From: Pseudomonadota bacterium | GTDB taxonomy: Bacteria > Bdellovibrionota_G > JALEGL01 > DATDPG01 | DNA length: 64,000 nucleotides | Reading direction: 5' to 3' | Assembly: GCA_043809315.1 (NCBI GenBank) | Contig: JAZDDX010000026.1 | Location: 10,792-74,791 of the forward strand | In this document: piece by piece, positions 25,823-34,502 of the stretch | How the letters are laid out: each line of letters begins with the position of its first letter | How positions within the stretch are numbered: the stretch's first letter is position 1 | The notes under the pieces: model-generated | What the model saw: the letters and a program-made list of their open reading frames with translations, nothing else | Database searches by the model: none | Told to the model about the DNA's origin: nothing | Position numbers and translations under genes: made by a program

Positions 25823-27049
25823 TTGGCAACCTTCGCGCCGCTTCGGAACCGGAACATCCGCCGATATCTCGTGAGCCAGGGGATTTCCCTGACCGGGACC
25901 TGGATGCAGAACACGGCCGCCGCCTGGTTGGTCTGGGAGCTGAGCCACTCGGCGACCGCCCTAGGGCTCCTGGCATTTCTCGGATTGACGCCGTTTCTCA
26001 TTCTCGGCCCCTGGATGGGGGTCTGGGCCGACCGGGTCGACCGGCGGCGCCTTCTTCTCGCGACTCAAACGGCGTCGATGTCGCTCGCGTTTCTCCTGGC
26101 GATCCTCGTCGGGACCGGGGAGGTCCGCCTCTGGCATGTCTACCTGCTCGCGTTTCTGTTCGGGTCGATCGCCACTCTCGACCTCCCGGGCCATCAGGCG
26201 TTCTTGAACGACCTCTCGGATGCCGGAGAGGTCGGCCGGACGTTCGTCGTCGAGAAAATCATCTACCAACTGAGCCGCCTGGTCGGTCCTCCGATTGCGG
26301 GGCTGTTGATCTCGACGGTCGGGACGGCCACCGTCTTCTGGCTAAACGGATTGAGCTTCGTGGCGGTTCTTTGGGCGCTCCGCCGGATCGAGGTCCGCCC
26401 CTCCCCTTCCCGCCGGGCCAAGACCTCGTTGGCTGAGCTGTTGGAAGGGGTTCGCTTCCTCGGAGCCCACCGAAAGATTCAGTACCTTTTCCTCTTCTCG
26501 CTCCTCGTCGCGTTTTTCGGGTTTTCGAGTCAGCAGATGCTGGCGGCCTATGCTTCCCAGATCCTGCACGAGGGGCCCCGCGCGCTCGGTTTCCTGATGG
26601 GGGCCTCCGGTCTCGGGGCTCTCGCCGGGTCGTTATGGATCGCTCCCCGCGCCCATCGCGCCCGCCGCATCGGCGTCGTTCTGTGCGTCGCCTGTTGCTG
26701 GATCGGGATCTCGCTCCTGGGACTCGCCGGCACGCACTCTCTCCCTCTTGCGATGGGGGCGATGGCGGCCGCCACGCTCGCCATGCCAGTCGTGATGGTG
26801 ACCTCCGCCGGCATGGTTCAGTTGCTGAGCGAGTCCGGGATGCGCGCGCGGATGGCGAGCCTCTGGATGACGTTGACGTATGGCCTCCAACCCTGCGCGA
26901 CATTCCTGGTCGGGTGGCATGCCAACGCCGCCGGCGTCGGTTTTGCGATCGGCATGAACGGGGCGCTGATCGCGGCCGCCTCCCTCTCACTCCTGGCCTT
27001 GCCGGATCTGCGAAAATGGATCAACCTTGACGCCGAGGTACCCCAATGA
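25823..27049 (+). CDS. MFS transporter
   Basis: Track ORF 25475..27049 trimmed to TTG 25823; GTG 25784 is an alternative start. The N-terminus ATFAPLRNRNIRRYLVSQGISLTGTWMQ is typical of the MFS_3/EntS-like N-terminal region. It has 12 hydrophobic spans. Confidence 0.8.
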   Translation: MATFAPLRNRNIRRYLVSQGISLTGTWMQNTAAAWLVWELSHSATALGLLAFLGLTPFLILGPWMGVWADRVDRRRLLLATQTASMSLAFLLAILVGTGEVRLWHVYLLAFLFGSIATLDLPGHQAFLNDLSDAGEVGRTFVVEKIIYQLSRLVGPPIAGLLISTVGTATVFWLNGLSFVAVLWALRRIEVRPSPSRRAKTSLAELLEGVRFLGAHRKIQYLFLFSLLVAFFGFSSQQMLAAYASQILHEGPRALGFLMGASGLGALAGSLWIAPRAHRARRIGVVLCVACCWIGISLLGLAGTHSLPLAMGAMAAATLAMPVVMVTSAGMVQLLSESGMRARMASLWMTLTYGLQPCATFLVGWHANAAGVGFAIGMNGALIAAASLSLLALPDLRKWINLDAEVPQ

Positions 27050-27720
27050 ACCGCCAACTTCTTTCGATTGCATGGATCGGAATCGCCCTCACGTCCCCTT
27101 TCCTCGCCGTCGCCGGGACTGTTGCTCCGAAGGAGGCCGGAAGCTTCCAGGGGCAAACCGTCACGGTGGCGGGGCGGGTCCTCTACGCATTCCAGTCGAA
27201 CCGCGGCACAATGCTTTTGTTCGATCCGAATCTCAAAAAAGGGTTTTTCGTGCTGATTCCGAAGCCTGACTACGCCAAATTTTCCCCGGACGTAGCGACC
27301 TTTTATTCCGGAAAGGGGGTTCAGGTCACCGGGATGGTCGAGGGGTATCAGGGGAGACCGACGATCGTCCTTCACGACCCCTCCAAGATTCGAGTCGTCT
27401 CGGAAGCAGGACTTGTCTCCGTGACCGGAATCCCGACGATCTCCGCCACTGAAGCTTCCAAACACTCCGGCGAACTGGTAACCGTCCAAGGCTCCGTGTC
27501 CACCGCCCGGAAGTGGCGAGATGTTTGCGTCCTTACGTTCCGATCGGAACGCGATCGCCCGTTCAGCGCGGTGATCTTCGCCTCAAGCTTTTCGAAATTC
27601 CCGAAGTCCCCGGACAAGGTGTATCAGGGCAAAAACCTGGCCGTCACCGGCGTCGTCGTGGAGTACAAGGGGGCGCCCCAAATCGTCGTGACCGATCCCA
27701 GTCAGATCGAATTTAGGTGA
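27046..27720 (+). CDS. Secreted protein with two tandem OB-fold (BOF/tRNA_anti-like) repeats
   Basis: 224 aa with a signal peptide (LLSIAWIGIALTSPFLAVAG). It is an internal duplication: GQTVTVAGRV...KGVQVTGMVEGYQGRPTIVLHDPSKI versus GELVTVQGSV...KNLAVTGVVVEYKGAPQIVVTDPSQI. ATGA overlap with the MFS stop. Confidence 0.65.
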   Translation: MNRQLLSIAWIGIALTSPFLAVAGTVAPKEAGSFQGQTVTVAGRVLYAFQSNRGTMLLFDPNLKKGFFVLIPKPDYAKFSPDVATFYSGKGVQVTGMVEGYQGRPTIVLHDPSKIRVVSEAGLVSVTGIPTISATEASKHSGELVTVQGSVSTARKWRDVCVLTFRSERDRPFSAVIFASSFSKFPKSPDKVYQGKNLAVTGVVVEYKGAPQIVVTDPSQIEFR

Positions 27721-29168
27721 TGCGGAAGAACATCGTCGCTCTTTCCGCGGTCGCTTTCCTTCTCCTGATGGCGATCTTGATTCTTGTGGACCCTCATGCA
27801 GCCGCGGTTTTGCTGCGCGAGTCGAAAGCCCGCGTGGATGTCTTCCTCGTCTACGGATCGACGCCGGCGAAAGTGTTCTACCTCCCCCTGCTCCTGGTGA
27901 TTTCCCTTCCGTTGATGAATTACGGGCGCTCTCTCTGGCGCACGCAAAGGGCGCGCATCCGTGCCATCGCGATGTTGGGGGGCCTCGCCGTCTCCCTCTG
28001 GTATTTCGGATTTCACGAGGTGGGAAACACGTTTCGGAAATACCGTGTCGACCCCTACCCCCAGGGAAACCATTTCCAGTTTTGCGACAAGGGGAATTTC
28101 TATACCGAATACATCAGCTACGAGCACGTTCATTCGCTGAAAGAGGTCGCAAGCAAGGTCGTCTTCGGACCTCGGAATTATCATACCGGCGAAGATTATT
28201 GGAAACTCCACGATTTTCCGGTCAAGGTTCCCGTAATCCTTCTTTGCCTGATGCTGGTGGTCTACTTTTTGGGTCTGCCGGCCTATCGGGACGTCTCCGC
28301 CGGCGCCGCCGCCGCTCACGTGACGGGCTTCCATATTCTCTTTCTCTCGTGTTTCGACGGAGGCGTCTTTGTCGGATCGACCGGGCTCGCTTTGCTCCTT
28401 TACCCGCTGCTCGAGGACGGAAAACGCTGGTATCTCTCTCGCGAATTCAAGAGCATCTATCTCTTTCTCGGATGTCGGGCCGCCGCGCTCCTTCTTTATT
28501 TCCTGTTCCTCCGCCTGGACGGCTACCCGATGGAGAAGTGGGACGGATGGGGATTGGTTTCAATGTACTTCCTCGACAATACGATCCGCCATGCCGTCGT
28601 TCTTCTGTTTTTCAACATGATCACGGGGTTCTCGCGCTCTCGTTGGTTTTCCCTCGCCTGTCTGGCCGGACTCTCTTGTCTTTACTACTCCCAGCGCAGC
28701 GCCTGGTGGCTGGGGGAAGACTATGCTGCCACGGTCCGGAAGGGAGAGCAGGTCACGCTTTTGCTCTATTCGGATCAGCCTTCATCGGTCGGGGAAGTCC
28801 TGGTTCGGGCCAAGAATATTTCTTTGGTCCGGTTTCAGAACGATCAAGAGACCTCCGCGTGGGAGCTCTGTTGGAACGCGCTTCGCCAAACGGAAGGCTT
28901 GAGCTACCGGAGTCTCATGGTGACTGTCTATTGCCGGCCGCTGATGTCGCTGCCGCACTCGCACAGTCAGTATTTTCAGTCTCTCAAGCAAGGATCGTGT
29001 GGGTTCACCTGCAATCCGAAGCTTCGGACCCTCTTTCCGGTTAAAACCGATCCGAAGGAAAATTGGTATCTGGAGGGTCTTCGGGGGGTCCGAGGTGAGG
29101 GAGTAATCTTCTGTCTGACCGACTCGGTCCTAGAGGTATCTCGGCCACGGAGAACCGGTGACCCCTGA
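27720..29168 (+). CDS. Uncharacterised polytopic membrane protein, paralogue A
   Basis: 482 aa. The ATG at 27720 shares its A with the upstream TGA. It has about 9 hydrophobic spans, a conserved ~75-aa loop (FQFCDKGNFYTEYISYEHVHSLKEVASK...GPRNYHTGEDYWKLHDFP) and a ~140-aa Cys-containing C-terminal domain. It is collinear with 30040..31473. Confidence 0.75.
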   Translation: MRKNIVALSAVAFLLLMAILILVDPHAAAVLLRESKARVDVFLVYGSTPAKVFYLPLLLVISLPLMNYGRSLWRTQRARIRAIAMLGGLAVSLWYFGFHEVGNTFRKYRVDPYPQGNHFQFCDKGNFYTEYISYEHVHSLKEVASKVVFGPRNYHTGEDYWKLHDFPVKVPVILLCLMLVVYFLGLPAYRDVSAGAAAAHVTGFHILFLSCFDGGVFVGSTGLALLLYPLLEDGKRWYLSREFKSIYLFLGCRAAALLLYFLFLRLDGYPMEKWDGWGLVSMYFLDNTIRHAVVLLFFNMITGFSRSRWFSLACLAGLSCLYYSQRSAWWLGEDYAATVRKGEQVTLLLYSDQPSSVGEVLVRAKNISLVRFQNDQETSAWELCWNALRQTEGLSYRSLMVTVYCRPLMSLPHSHSQYFQSLKQGSCGFTCNPKLRTLFPVKTDPKENWYLEGLRGVRGEGVIFCLTDSVLEVSRPRRTGDP

Positions 29169-30033
29169 GAAGAATCTTCTCGTCCGCCTGGTCGTTTCGG
29201 CGATCGGCATTCCGGTCGTGTTCGGGGCGTTGTTTCAACCCTCCCCCACCTGGACCTGGCTCCTCGTGATGGCGGTTCTCCTCGCGGCCTTCGAAGAGTA
29301 CGGGCGGATCTTGGGGCTTCGCGCTCTCGAACGATGGGTCAACACGGGAGTCGGTGTCGTGCTCTGGGCGGTCGTCTACTGGCGACCCGATGCGCTCTTG
29401 CCCTGTCTGTTCTTTTCCACGATCGTGATCTTTTCCTCTTTCTTCGCGATCTCGGGACGCGATCCGGCCCGTGCGTTCCGCCGGACCACGGAGTCTGTCT
29501 TCGCCCTGGTCTACCTCGGCCTCCTCGTCTGCATCCCGCTCTTGCGGCGAGACGGGGGGGACAACGGAACGCTCTGGGTGATTCTGCTCGTAACGACCGT
29601 CTGGTTCGAGGACACGCTGGTCTATTTCGCCTGGCTGTTTCTGGGGGGTCATCGGGATTACCCCGATCTCGGTCCGTCGTTCCGCGGACGGCTTGCGCGG
29701 ATCTATCGGAGCCTTCCGGTTCCCTCGGAGATCAGCCGGAACAAATCCTGGGGGGCGTTCCCCGTGCAGTTCGCCGGCTGTCTGATCGCGAACCTCCTCG
29801 GGAAACTGTTTTATCTTCCGACGCTCACATGGGGTCAGGTGTTGGCTCTCTCGTTTCTCGCGGCGCTTCTCGGAAAAGTCGGCGATCTGTGTGAATCGAT
29901 GCTGAAACGGGCCTTCGGGGCGGGAACCTCCGGTCCCTTCCTGCCGGGGCACGGGGGGATTCTGGATCGGATCGACGCTCTTCTCTTCGTCGCCCCGCTC
30001 TATTATTTCTTCGTTCGGTGGTGGCTTCCGTAG
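29158..30033 (+). CDS. CTP-transferase-1 (CdsA / phosphatidate cytidylyltransferase) family protein, divergent
   Basis: 291 aa with a GTG start overlapping paralogue A by 11 nt. It has 8 or so TM spans. The C-terminal signature is SMLKRAFGAGTSGPFLPGHGGILDRIDALLF, and ISRNKSWGA stands in place of the usual SP-KKTWEG. The family K-D dyad is replaced by G-T, and there is an extra ~30-aa insertion. Confidence 0.75.
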   Translation: MTPEKNLLVRLVVSAIGIPVVFGALFQPSPTWTWLLVMAVLLAAFEEYGRILGLRALERWVNTGVGVVLWAVVYWRPDALLPCLFFSTIVIFSSFFAISGRDPARAFRRTTESVFALVYLGLLVCIPLLRRDGGDNGTLWVILLVTTVWFEDTLVYFAWLFLGGHRDYPDLGPSFRGRLARIYRSLPVPSEISRNKSWGAFPVQFAGCLIANLLGKLFYLPTLTWGQVLALSFLAALLGKVGDLCESMLKRAFGAGTSGPFLPGHGGILDRIDALLFVAPLYYFFVRWWLP

Positions 30034-30039
30034 GTCAGT

Positions 30040-31473
30040 ATGCGAAAGAACCTCGTTTCTCTTTCCTCGGTCGCTTTCCTTCTCGTCGTGGCGATTTTGA
30101 TTCTCGCGAATCCTCATGCCGCCGCGGTTTTGTTGCGGGAATGCAAGGCTCGTGTCGATGTTTTTTTCATCTTCGGGTCGACCCCTGGAAAGGTGCCGTA
30201 TCTGCCGCTGCTCCTGGCGATTTCTCTTCCGTTGATGAACTATGGTCGCCCGCTTTGGCGATCCCAAATGGCGCGCGTTCTTGCGTTCGCCACGCTGAGC
30301 GCACTCTCCGTTTCTCTCTGGTTCTCGGGGTTTCACGAAGTGGGAAACGGGCTTCGGAAACACCATGTGAACCCTTATCAGCAAGGGACGCACATCCAGT
30401 TTTGCGACGAGGGACGCTTCTATACCGAATATGTCGGGTACGAACATATTCATTCGCTGAAAGAGGTCGCCAGCAAGCTCGTCATCGGACCTCGGAATTT
30501 TCACACCGGCGAAGACTTCTGGAAACTCCACGACTTTCCGGTCGCCGTTCCGGCGCTTCTTCTCGGTTTGACACTGCTCCTTTATTTCCTGGCGTTACCC
30601 GCCTATCGGGAGATCTCGACCGGCGCCGCCGTCGCTCATGTGGTCGGTTTTTATATCCTCTTCTTCTCGTTTTTCGACGGCGGGGTGTTCGTCGGAATTC
30701 ACGGGCTTCTCCTGCTTCTCTATCCGCTGCTTCAGGACGGTACGCGCTGGTATTTCTCTCGCGAGCTCAAGAGCATTTACCTCTTTCTGGGAAGCCGGGT
30801 CGCTGCCTTGGCCCTTTATTTTCTGTTCCTGCGCTTGGACGGTTTTCCGATGGCCTCCTGGACCGGCTGGGGACTCGTTTCGTACTACTTCGTCGGACAA
30901 TCGGTTCGCCACGCCATCGTTCTCTTGTTTTTCAACGCGATCACTGGATTCTCGCGTTCCCGGTATTTTTCTCTCGTGTTTCTCGCCGGATTCTCCTCTC
31001 TTTACGTCACCCAACACGATACATGGTGGTTGGCGGACTCCTACAGCGACCCGGTCCGGAAAGGGGAACAGGTCACGCTGTTGCTCTATTCGGAACGACC
31101 GCCGCCGGGGGGAGAGATTCTCGTCCGGGCGAAAAACGTTTCATTGGTCACATTTCGGAATGAACGGGAGACCACCGTGTGGGAGCTCTGTTGGAATACG
31201 CTTCATCAAATGGAAGGGGTTGGTTACCGGAGCCTCATGGTAACTGTCTATTGCCGGCCGCTTTCGCCCATCCCCGCCTCGCACAGTCAGGTTTTCCAGG
31301 TGCTCGAGAACGGGTCGTGCGGCTTCACTTGCAGTCCAAAACTTAAGTCTCTTTATCCGATCCGATCCGGCTTGGGCGCCGACCTTCATCTGGAGGGGAT
31401 GCGCGGTGTCCGGGGTGAAGGCGTGATCTTCTGTCTGACCGATTCGACCAAAACTGTGTCGAGGCCGCGGTAA
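30040..31473 (+). CDS. Uncharacterised polytopic membrane protein, paralogue B
   Basis: 477 aa. It aligns end to end by eye with paralogue A (same motifs), and the DNA is also still alignable. Its stop abuts the stop of the convergent gene with no spacer. Confidence 0.75.
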   Translation: MRKNLVSLSSVAFLLVVAILILANPHAAAVLLRECKARVDVFFIFGSTPGKVPYLPLLLAISLPLMNYGRPLWRSQMARVLAFATLSALSVSLWFSGFHEVGNGLRKHHVNPYQQGTHIQFCDEGRFYTEYVGYEHIHSLKEVASKLVIGPRNFHTGEDFWKLHDFPVAVPALLLGLTLLLYFLALPAYREISTGAAVAHVVGFYILFFSFFDGGVFVGIHGLLLLLYPLLQDGTRWYFSRELKSIYLFLGSRVAALALYFLFLRLDGFPMASWTGWGLVSYYFVGQSVRHAIVLLFFNAITGFSRSRYFSLVFLAGFSSLYVTQHDTWWLADSYSDPVRKGEQVTLLLYSERPPPGGEILVRAKNVSLVTFRNERETTVWELCWNTLHQMEGVGYRSLMVTVYCRPLSPIPASHSQVFQVLENGSCGFTCSPKLKSLYPIRSGLGADLHLEGMRGVRGEGVIFCLTDSTKTVSRPR

Positions 31474-32892
31474 TCAGAATTCGTCCGCCTCGACGGCGAA
31501 GGTGTCGAACCCCATCGTTTTCAGGCGCGCCAGGACGGTCTCGTACCGATCGTCCGGCACGCACCCTTCGATCACCGCCCGGAACCGGAGGTCGCACGAC
31601 TCCTTTTCCCCGCATCGTTCGGTGTCGAAAGACCGGAAGATCCTCTTCGCCGCGGGCTCAAACGAGGTCGCGTGTCGCGCCAAGATCTTGACCGTTCCCT
31701 CCCGGACGAACCCCTCCTCGAACGAGCAGCGTCCCGGCTCCGGAACCGCCACCAGAAAAAACGAGGGGGGCAGGCGATACTCCTTGTGTACGTCCCGGAT
31801 GGTCGAGGCGGCCGAGAAGATTCCCCGGTACAGCGTCAACCCCCCCTCTGTTGCAAGGGGCCGGAGGGGGAGATCGGACTTCCAGGTCGTCACGAAGAAC
31901 GGCGTTCCGGCCGGGATCGGCGTCCGAAGGTACCGGAACGTCCCGCTCCAGAAGAAGTTCCAGCTCAGAGCGACCAGCAACGGGAGCGACCAGACTAGGT
32001 GCTTCCAACTCGGGCTCGCGCGCCTCAGCGCCAGAAACTCCACAGTCTGGAGAAGCACAAGAACAAACAGTACCTCGAGAAACAGCTGATGTACGAGATA
32101 CCAAGGCGCGGCGATCCCAAACAAACCGCGGAGTCCACCAATCAGTAGGATCGCCACGAGCCACCCTGGGCTCATACCCCGGGCCAAACCAATCGGCCTC
32201 ACGTTCGTAGTTCGCAAAAGCACCACGAACGTCGGGAAGAAAACAAGGAACTCCGTACAGAACGGCCCTCCGTCAAAAAGGCTTTTCACGACGGCATACC
32301 CCGCAATGATCGCCCCCGCCCAATGAGGCGAGTATTTTCGGTCCAACCACGCCTCCCGCTTGGAAACGATCGCGGCACCCGTCAGAACGACTGCCGCGAC
32401 GACGACCAGCAGCTGCACCAGAACAAGGCCCGGGGGAAGGATCGCCAGATAAGGACTGCCGGTGTCCCCCACGATCCTCGTCGGATCGACTCCGATCAGC
32501 TGCAGAAAGAGCGCCAGGGATCCCTTCCCGACATGAAGATGAACCAGGCTGTTGTCCGAGTGTTTCTTCGAATACAAGATCGTCCAGGCCCCGAACGCCG
32601 TTCCGGTCCGTTGAACGTAGATGACGTGGGCGATCAGGTTGACGAGTTGACCCGACAGAACGGCCGCCATCGCCCATCGACCGACTCCCCGTATTCTTAC
32701 ACGGAGCGGGCTTGCCAAGAGCGCGCAGAGAACCAACGCCCAGCCGAGAAACAGGTGCGCCTTGAAGAACGTCCGGCCGAAGGCGAAAAACTGCGTGAAG
32801 ATCCCCGCGAAGAACGCGACGTCGTAGGATAGAACCGATGCAATCAGTCCGGCGGCAAGGGCCACGGCGGAAACAAAGAACGGCTTTCGCAC
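31474..32892 (-). CDS. Uncharacterised polytopic membrane protein, probable distant paralogue C
   Basis: 472 aa with the same layout: multi-TM N-terminal part plus a ~140-aa soluble Cys-containing C-terminal domain. It shares an FDGG motif in a TM context (SLFDGGPF versus SCFDGGVF / SFFDGGVF). Confidence 0.7.
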   Translation of the reverse strand: MRKPFFVSAVALAAGLIASVLSYDVAFFAGIFTQFFAFGRTFFKAHLFLGWALVLCALLASPLRVRIRGVGRWAMAAVLSGQLVNLIAHVIYVQRTGTAFGAWTILYSKKHSDNSLVHLHVGKGSLALFLQLIGVDPTRIVGDTGSPYLAILPPGLVLVQLLVVVAAVVLTGAAIVSKREAWLDRKYSPHWAGAIIAGYAVVKSLFDGGPFCTEFLVFFPTFVVLLRTTNVRPIGLARGMSPGWLVAILLIGGLRGLFGIAAPWYLVHQLFLEVLFVLVLLQTVEFLALRRASPSWKHLVWSLPLLVALSWNFFWSGTFRYLRTPIPAGTPFFVTTWKSDLPLRPLATEGGLTLYRGIFSAASTIRDVHKEYRLPPSFFLVAVPEPGRCSFEEGFVREGTVKILARHATSFEPAAKRIFRSFDTERCGEKESCDLRFRAVIEGCVPDDRYETVLARLKTMGFDTFAVEADEF

Positions 32893-32902
32893 GGATCGTC
32901 CG

Positions 32903-33505
32903 TTATTCGCAAGAATTGGATCCGGTCGGTGCTCCCGGAGCGTTGGCCCAATAATACGGGACCAAACCGACCAACCCCGGTTTCACGATCTGGACGAACC
33001 CGCCGATCGTGACTTCGACCTCCCGAGCTTTCGAACCGCTCGCGAGCTCCGTCGCACTCAGGACGATCTCGACCCCGATGGATGTGCATGTGGCGCCGGA
33101 GCAAAAGTTCGGCCGGCCGAACTGGTCGAACCAGACGGTCCGCGGGTACCACGAACTGCAGGCCGAGAACGAAATGCCGTTCCGAAGGTTCACGGTCTCG
33201 CCGATCCGCTCCTGCCCGCTGCCGCCACAACCGACGGCCGACGTGTGTCCGGTTCCCGCCTTATCTAGGTATGTCGTAATCGTGTTGGTCGTGCTGTCCA
33301 GCAGAACGCACACCCACAAACTGCGTGTCGTCGCCTCCGTCTGCGCCTTTTGGAACGCGGCGGACAGGGCCTGTGCGGAAGTGATCAGTCGTTGTTTGGG
33401 GAGGTATCCGCGGATCGACACGATCCCGATCGAGAGAAGTGTGGCCAGGATCGTGAGCGTAACCATCAGCTCGACCAGAGTTATGGCTCTCGACCGACGA
33501 ATCAT
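32903..33505 (-). CDS. Type II secretion / type IV pilus minor pseudopilin (GspH/FimT-like)
   Basis: 200 aa. The N-terminus MIRRSRA|ITLVELMVTLTILATLLSIG is a prepilin-type leader with Glu at +5 and Ala rather than Gly at -1. It is followed by a Cys-rich globular domain. Confidence 0.75.
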   Translation of the reverse strand: MIRRSRAITLVELMVTLTILATLLSIGIVSIRGYLPKQRLITSAQALSAAFQKAQTEATTRSLWVCVLLDSTTNTITTYLDKAGTGHTSAVGCGGSGQERIGETVNLRNGISFSACSSWYPRTVWFDQFGRPNFCSGATCTSIGVEIVLSATELASGSKAREVEVTIGGFVQIVKPGLVGLVPYYWANAPGAPTGSNSCE

Positions 33506-33508
33506 TTT

Positions 33509-33862
33509 CTAAAGGACGGCGATCCTTTTGATCAGAGACAGGATCATCTCTTTGTCGATCTCATTCAGATTCACGAACCGGATCCCCATCCCGGGGTTGT
33601 AGTTGTCTTTCTTCTGGGGACGCAGGGGATTCGCCCACGCAACCTCCCCCAGGACTTCGATCTTCTTCTCCGTATCGGGGGAGGTGAACTGGAGTTCGAT
33701 CATCGTTCCGGGGTCCATCGGTTTGTCGGTCTCGATGAAGATCCCGTGTTCGCTGATGTTGGTCGCGTTCTCATACAGGAACGTCCCTTCCGACTTCCAG
33801 TCGACTTTGAATTTGGTCGGCACGCGGCGTGATAAGCGTTTCTCTTTGCTGTCCTCGGACAT
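33509..33862 (-). CDS. Stand-alone PilZ-domain protein
   Basis: 117 aa. Motifs: RLSRRVP (RxxxR region) and NISEHG (NxSxxG). The stop lies 3 nt before the pseudopilin start. Confidence 0.85.
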   Translation of the reverse strand: MSEDSKEKRLSRRVPTKFKVDWKSEGTFLYENATNISEHGIFIETDKPMDPGTMIELQFTSPDTEKKIEVLGEVAWANPLRPQKKDNYNPGMGIRFVNLNEIDKEMILSLIKRIAVL

Positions 33863-33914
33863 ACGCTTGCGCTACCACAGCGCGGAACGGGAGGCCAAGG
33901 AAAAACATCCTCCC

Positions 33915-34502
33915 TTACGGCCGCGCGAGGCTGGCTACCCTCTTCTGGCTTCCGAGTCGGTAGAACTCTCGCAAGCTTCGCAGGATCCCCGGGGTCGGCC
34001 CGACTCCACCGGCGATCGCTCCGAGCGACCGCACGAACTTTCCCCCGAGTCGTTGGGCCTCCGCATATCGCGCCTTCGCCTCCTCGGACAGTTTTCCCAG
34101 CCACGAGAACTTCCCGAAGATGCGTGCGAAGAGATCCGATTCGCCATCGAAGTAGGCTGAGGCGAGGAGGAACTTGTCGATCTCCCCTTGGAGTTCGAGA
34201 TCCAGGAGACTCACCGGTTTTTCGTTTGCCGCGCGCCAGAGGAGATAGACGAAGTGGCTTGTTTCCTCCGCGGCGCTCAGGAAGTCGGCCAGGTTCTTCG
34301 GTTCGAGCCCCTCCGGGGCGAGGTGAACCGCCAGGAAGACCTCCCCATCCGCCTCCTGGATGAGGATTTGCGGTTTCGGATCAGCTCCTTCCGGCAGCCA
34401 ACTTCGGAGATCGGCGGCGGAGATCAGAAAATGTTCGATCGGGGGTTGCGCTCCAAGACGGTAGATCCGCTCGAGCAGGCGCTGCAACTCCCGGACGATC
34501 AA
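33915..34502 (-). CDS. Hypothetical protein (195 aa)
   Basis: Track ORF 33915..34589 trimmed to TTG 34502, which overlaps the upstream TGA (TTGA). No recognisable domain. Confidence 0.55.
   Translation of the reverse strand: MIVRELQRLLERIYRLGAQPPIEHFLISAADLRSWLPEGADPKPQILIQEADGEVFLAVHLAPEGLEPKNLADFLSAAEETSHFVYLLWRAANEKPVSLLDLELQGEIDKFLLASAYFDGESDLFARIFGKFSWLGKLSEEAKARYAEAQRLGGKFVRSLGAIAGGVGPTPGILRSLREFYRLGSQKRVASLARP

Noticed and set aside
29041-30531. 496-aa minus-strand ORF spanning the A / CdsA-like / B junctions
   Set aside because: It is antisense to three genes whose sense frames give TM helices and the CdsA signature. Its composition is extremely Arg/Glu/Pro-rich.
33863-33914. Possible sigma54 -24/-12 promoter (TTGGCC...TTCCGC) upstream of the PilZ/pseudopilin genes
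   Set aside because: The GG-to-GC spacing is 11 nt rather than the invariant 10, and the -12 element lacks TGC. I found no TGGCAC-N5-TTGC-like element in any intergenic region of the window by eye. A computational scan would be needed to be sure.
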